Assembly: GCF_001194135.2 (NCBI RefSeq)
Contig: NC_068997.1
Coordinates: 39,084,045-39,148,044, forward strand
Source of the DNA: Octopus bimaculoides
Taxonomy: Eukaryota
Reading direction: 5' to 3'
Length of the DNA stretch: 64,000 bases
Shown: one piece after another, positions 63,977-64,000 of the stretch
How positions within the stretch are numbered: the stretch's first letter is position 1
How the letters are laid out: each line of letters begins with the position of its first letter
Made by a program: the position numbers and the translations under genes
The notes under the pieces: model-generated
What the model was told of the DNA's origin: nothing
The model's input: the letters and a program-made list of their open reading frames with translations, nothing else
The model's database searches: none

Positions 63977-64000
63977 TGCGTGTATATATATATATATATA

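Overview
AT-rich eukaryotic DNA from a gapped scaffold (18 N-runs, about 7 kb), dense in di-, tri- and tetranucleotide microsatellites. The repeat families and microsatellite load suggest an octopus (cephalopod) genome; this is an inference I cannot verify here. No prokaryotic genes, CRISPR array, rRNA or intact tRNA gene are visible, and nearly all ORFs in the track are microsatellite or N artefacts. The recognisable content is decayed transposable elements: a near-complete Penelope-like element (PLE; RT + GIY-YIG, 19250-21165, minus) and a second PLE 3' fragment, a Hero-type R2-superfamily retrotransposon (24550-26365, minus), four RTE-type LINE fragments, several Tc1/mariner relics and MITEs, and many tRNA-derived SINEs. 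A few splice-flanked candidate exons occur on both strands, but I cannot name a host gene. The most interesting signals are RNA-structural. Four separate loci carry PLE-type minimal hammerhead ribozyme motifs. One sits downstream of a tRNA-like Pol III cassette in the PLE 3' region, and one sits at the apex of a 422-bp foldback. I see no clearly new protein-coding system.
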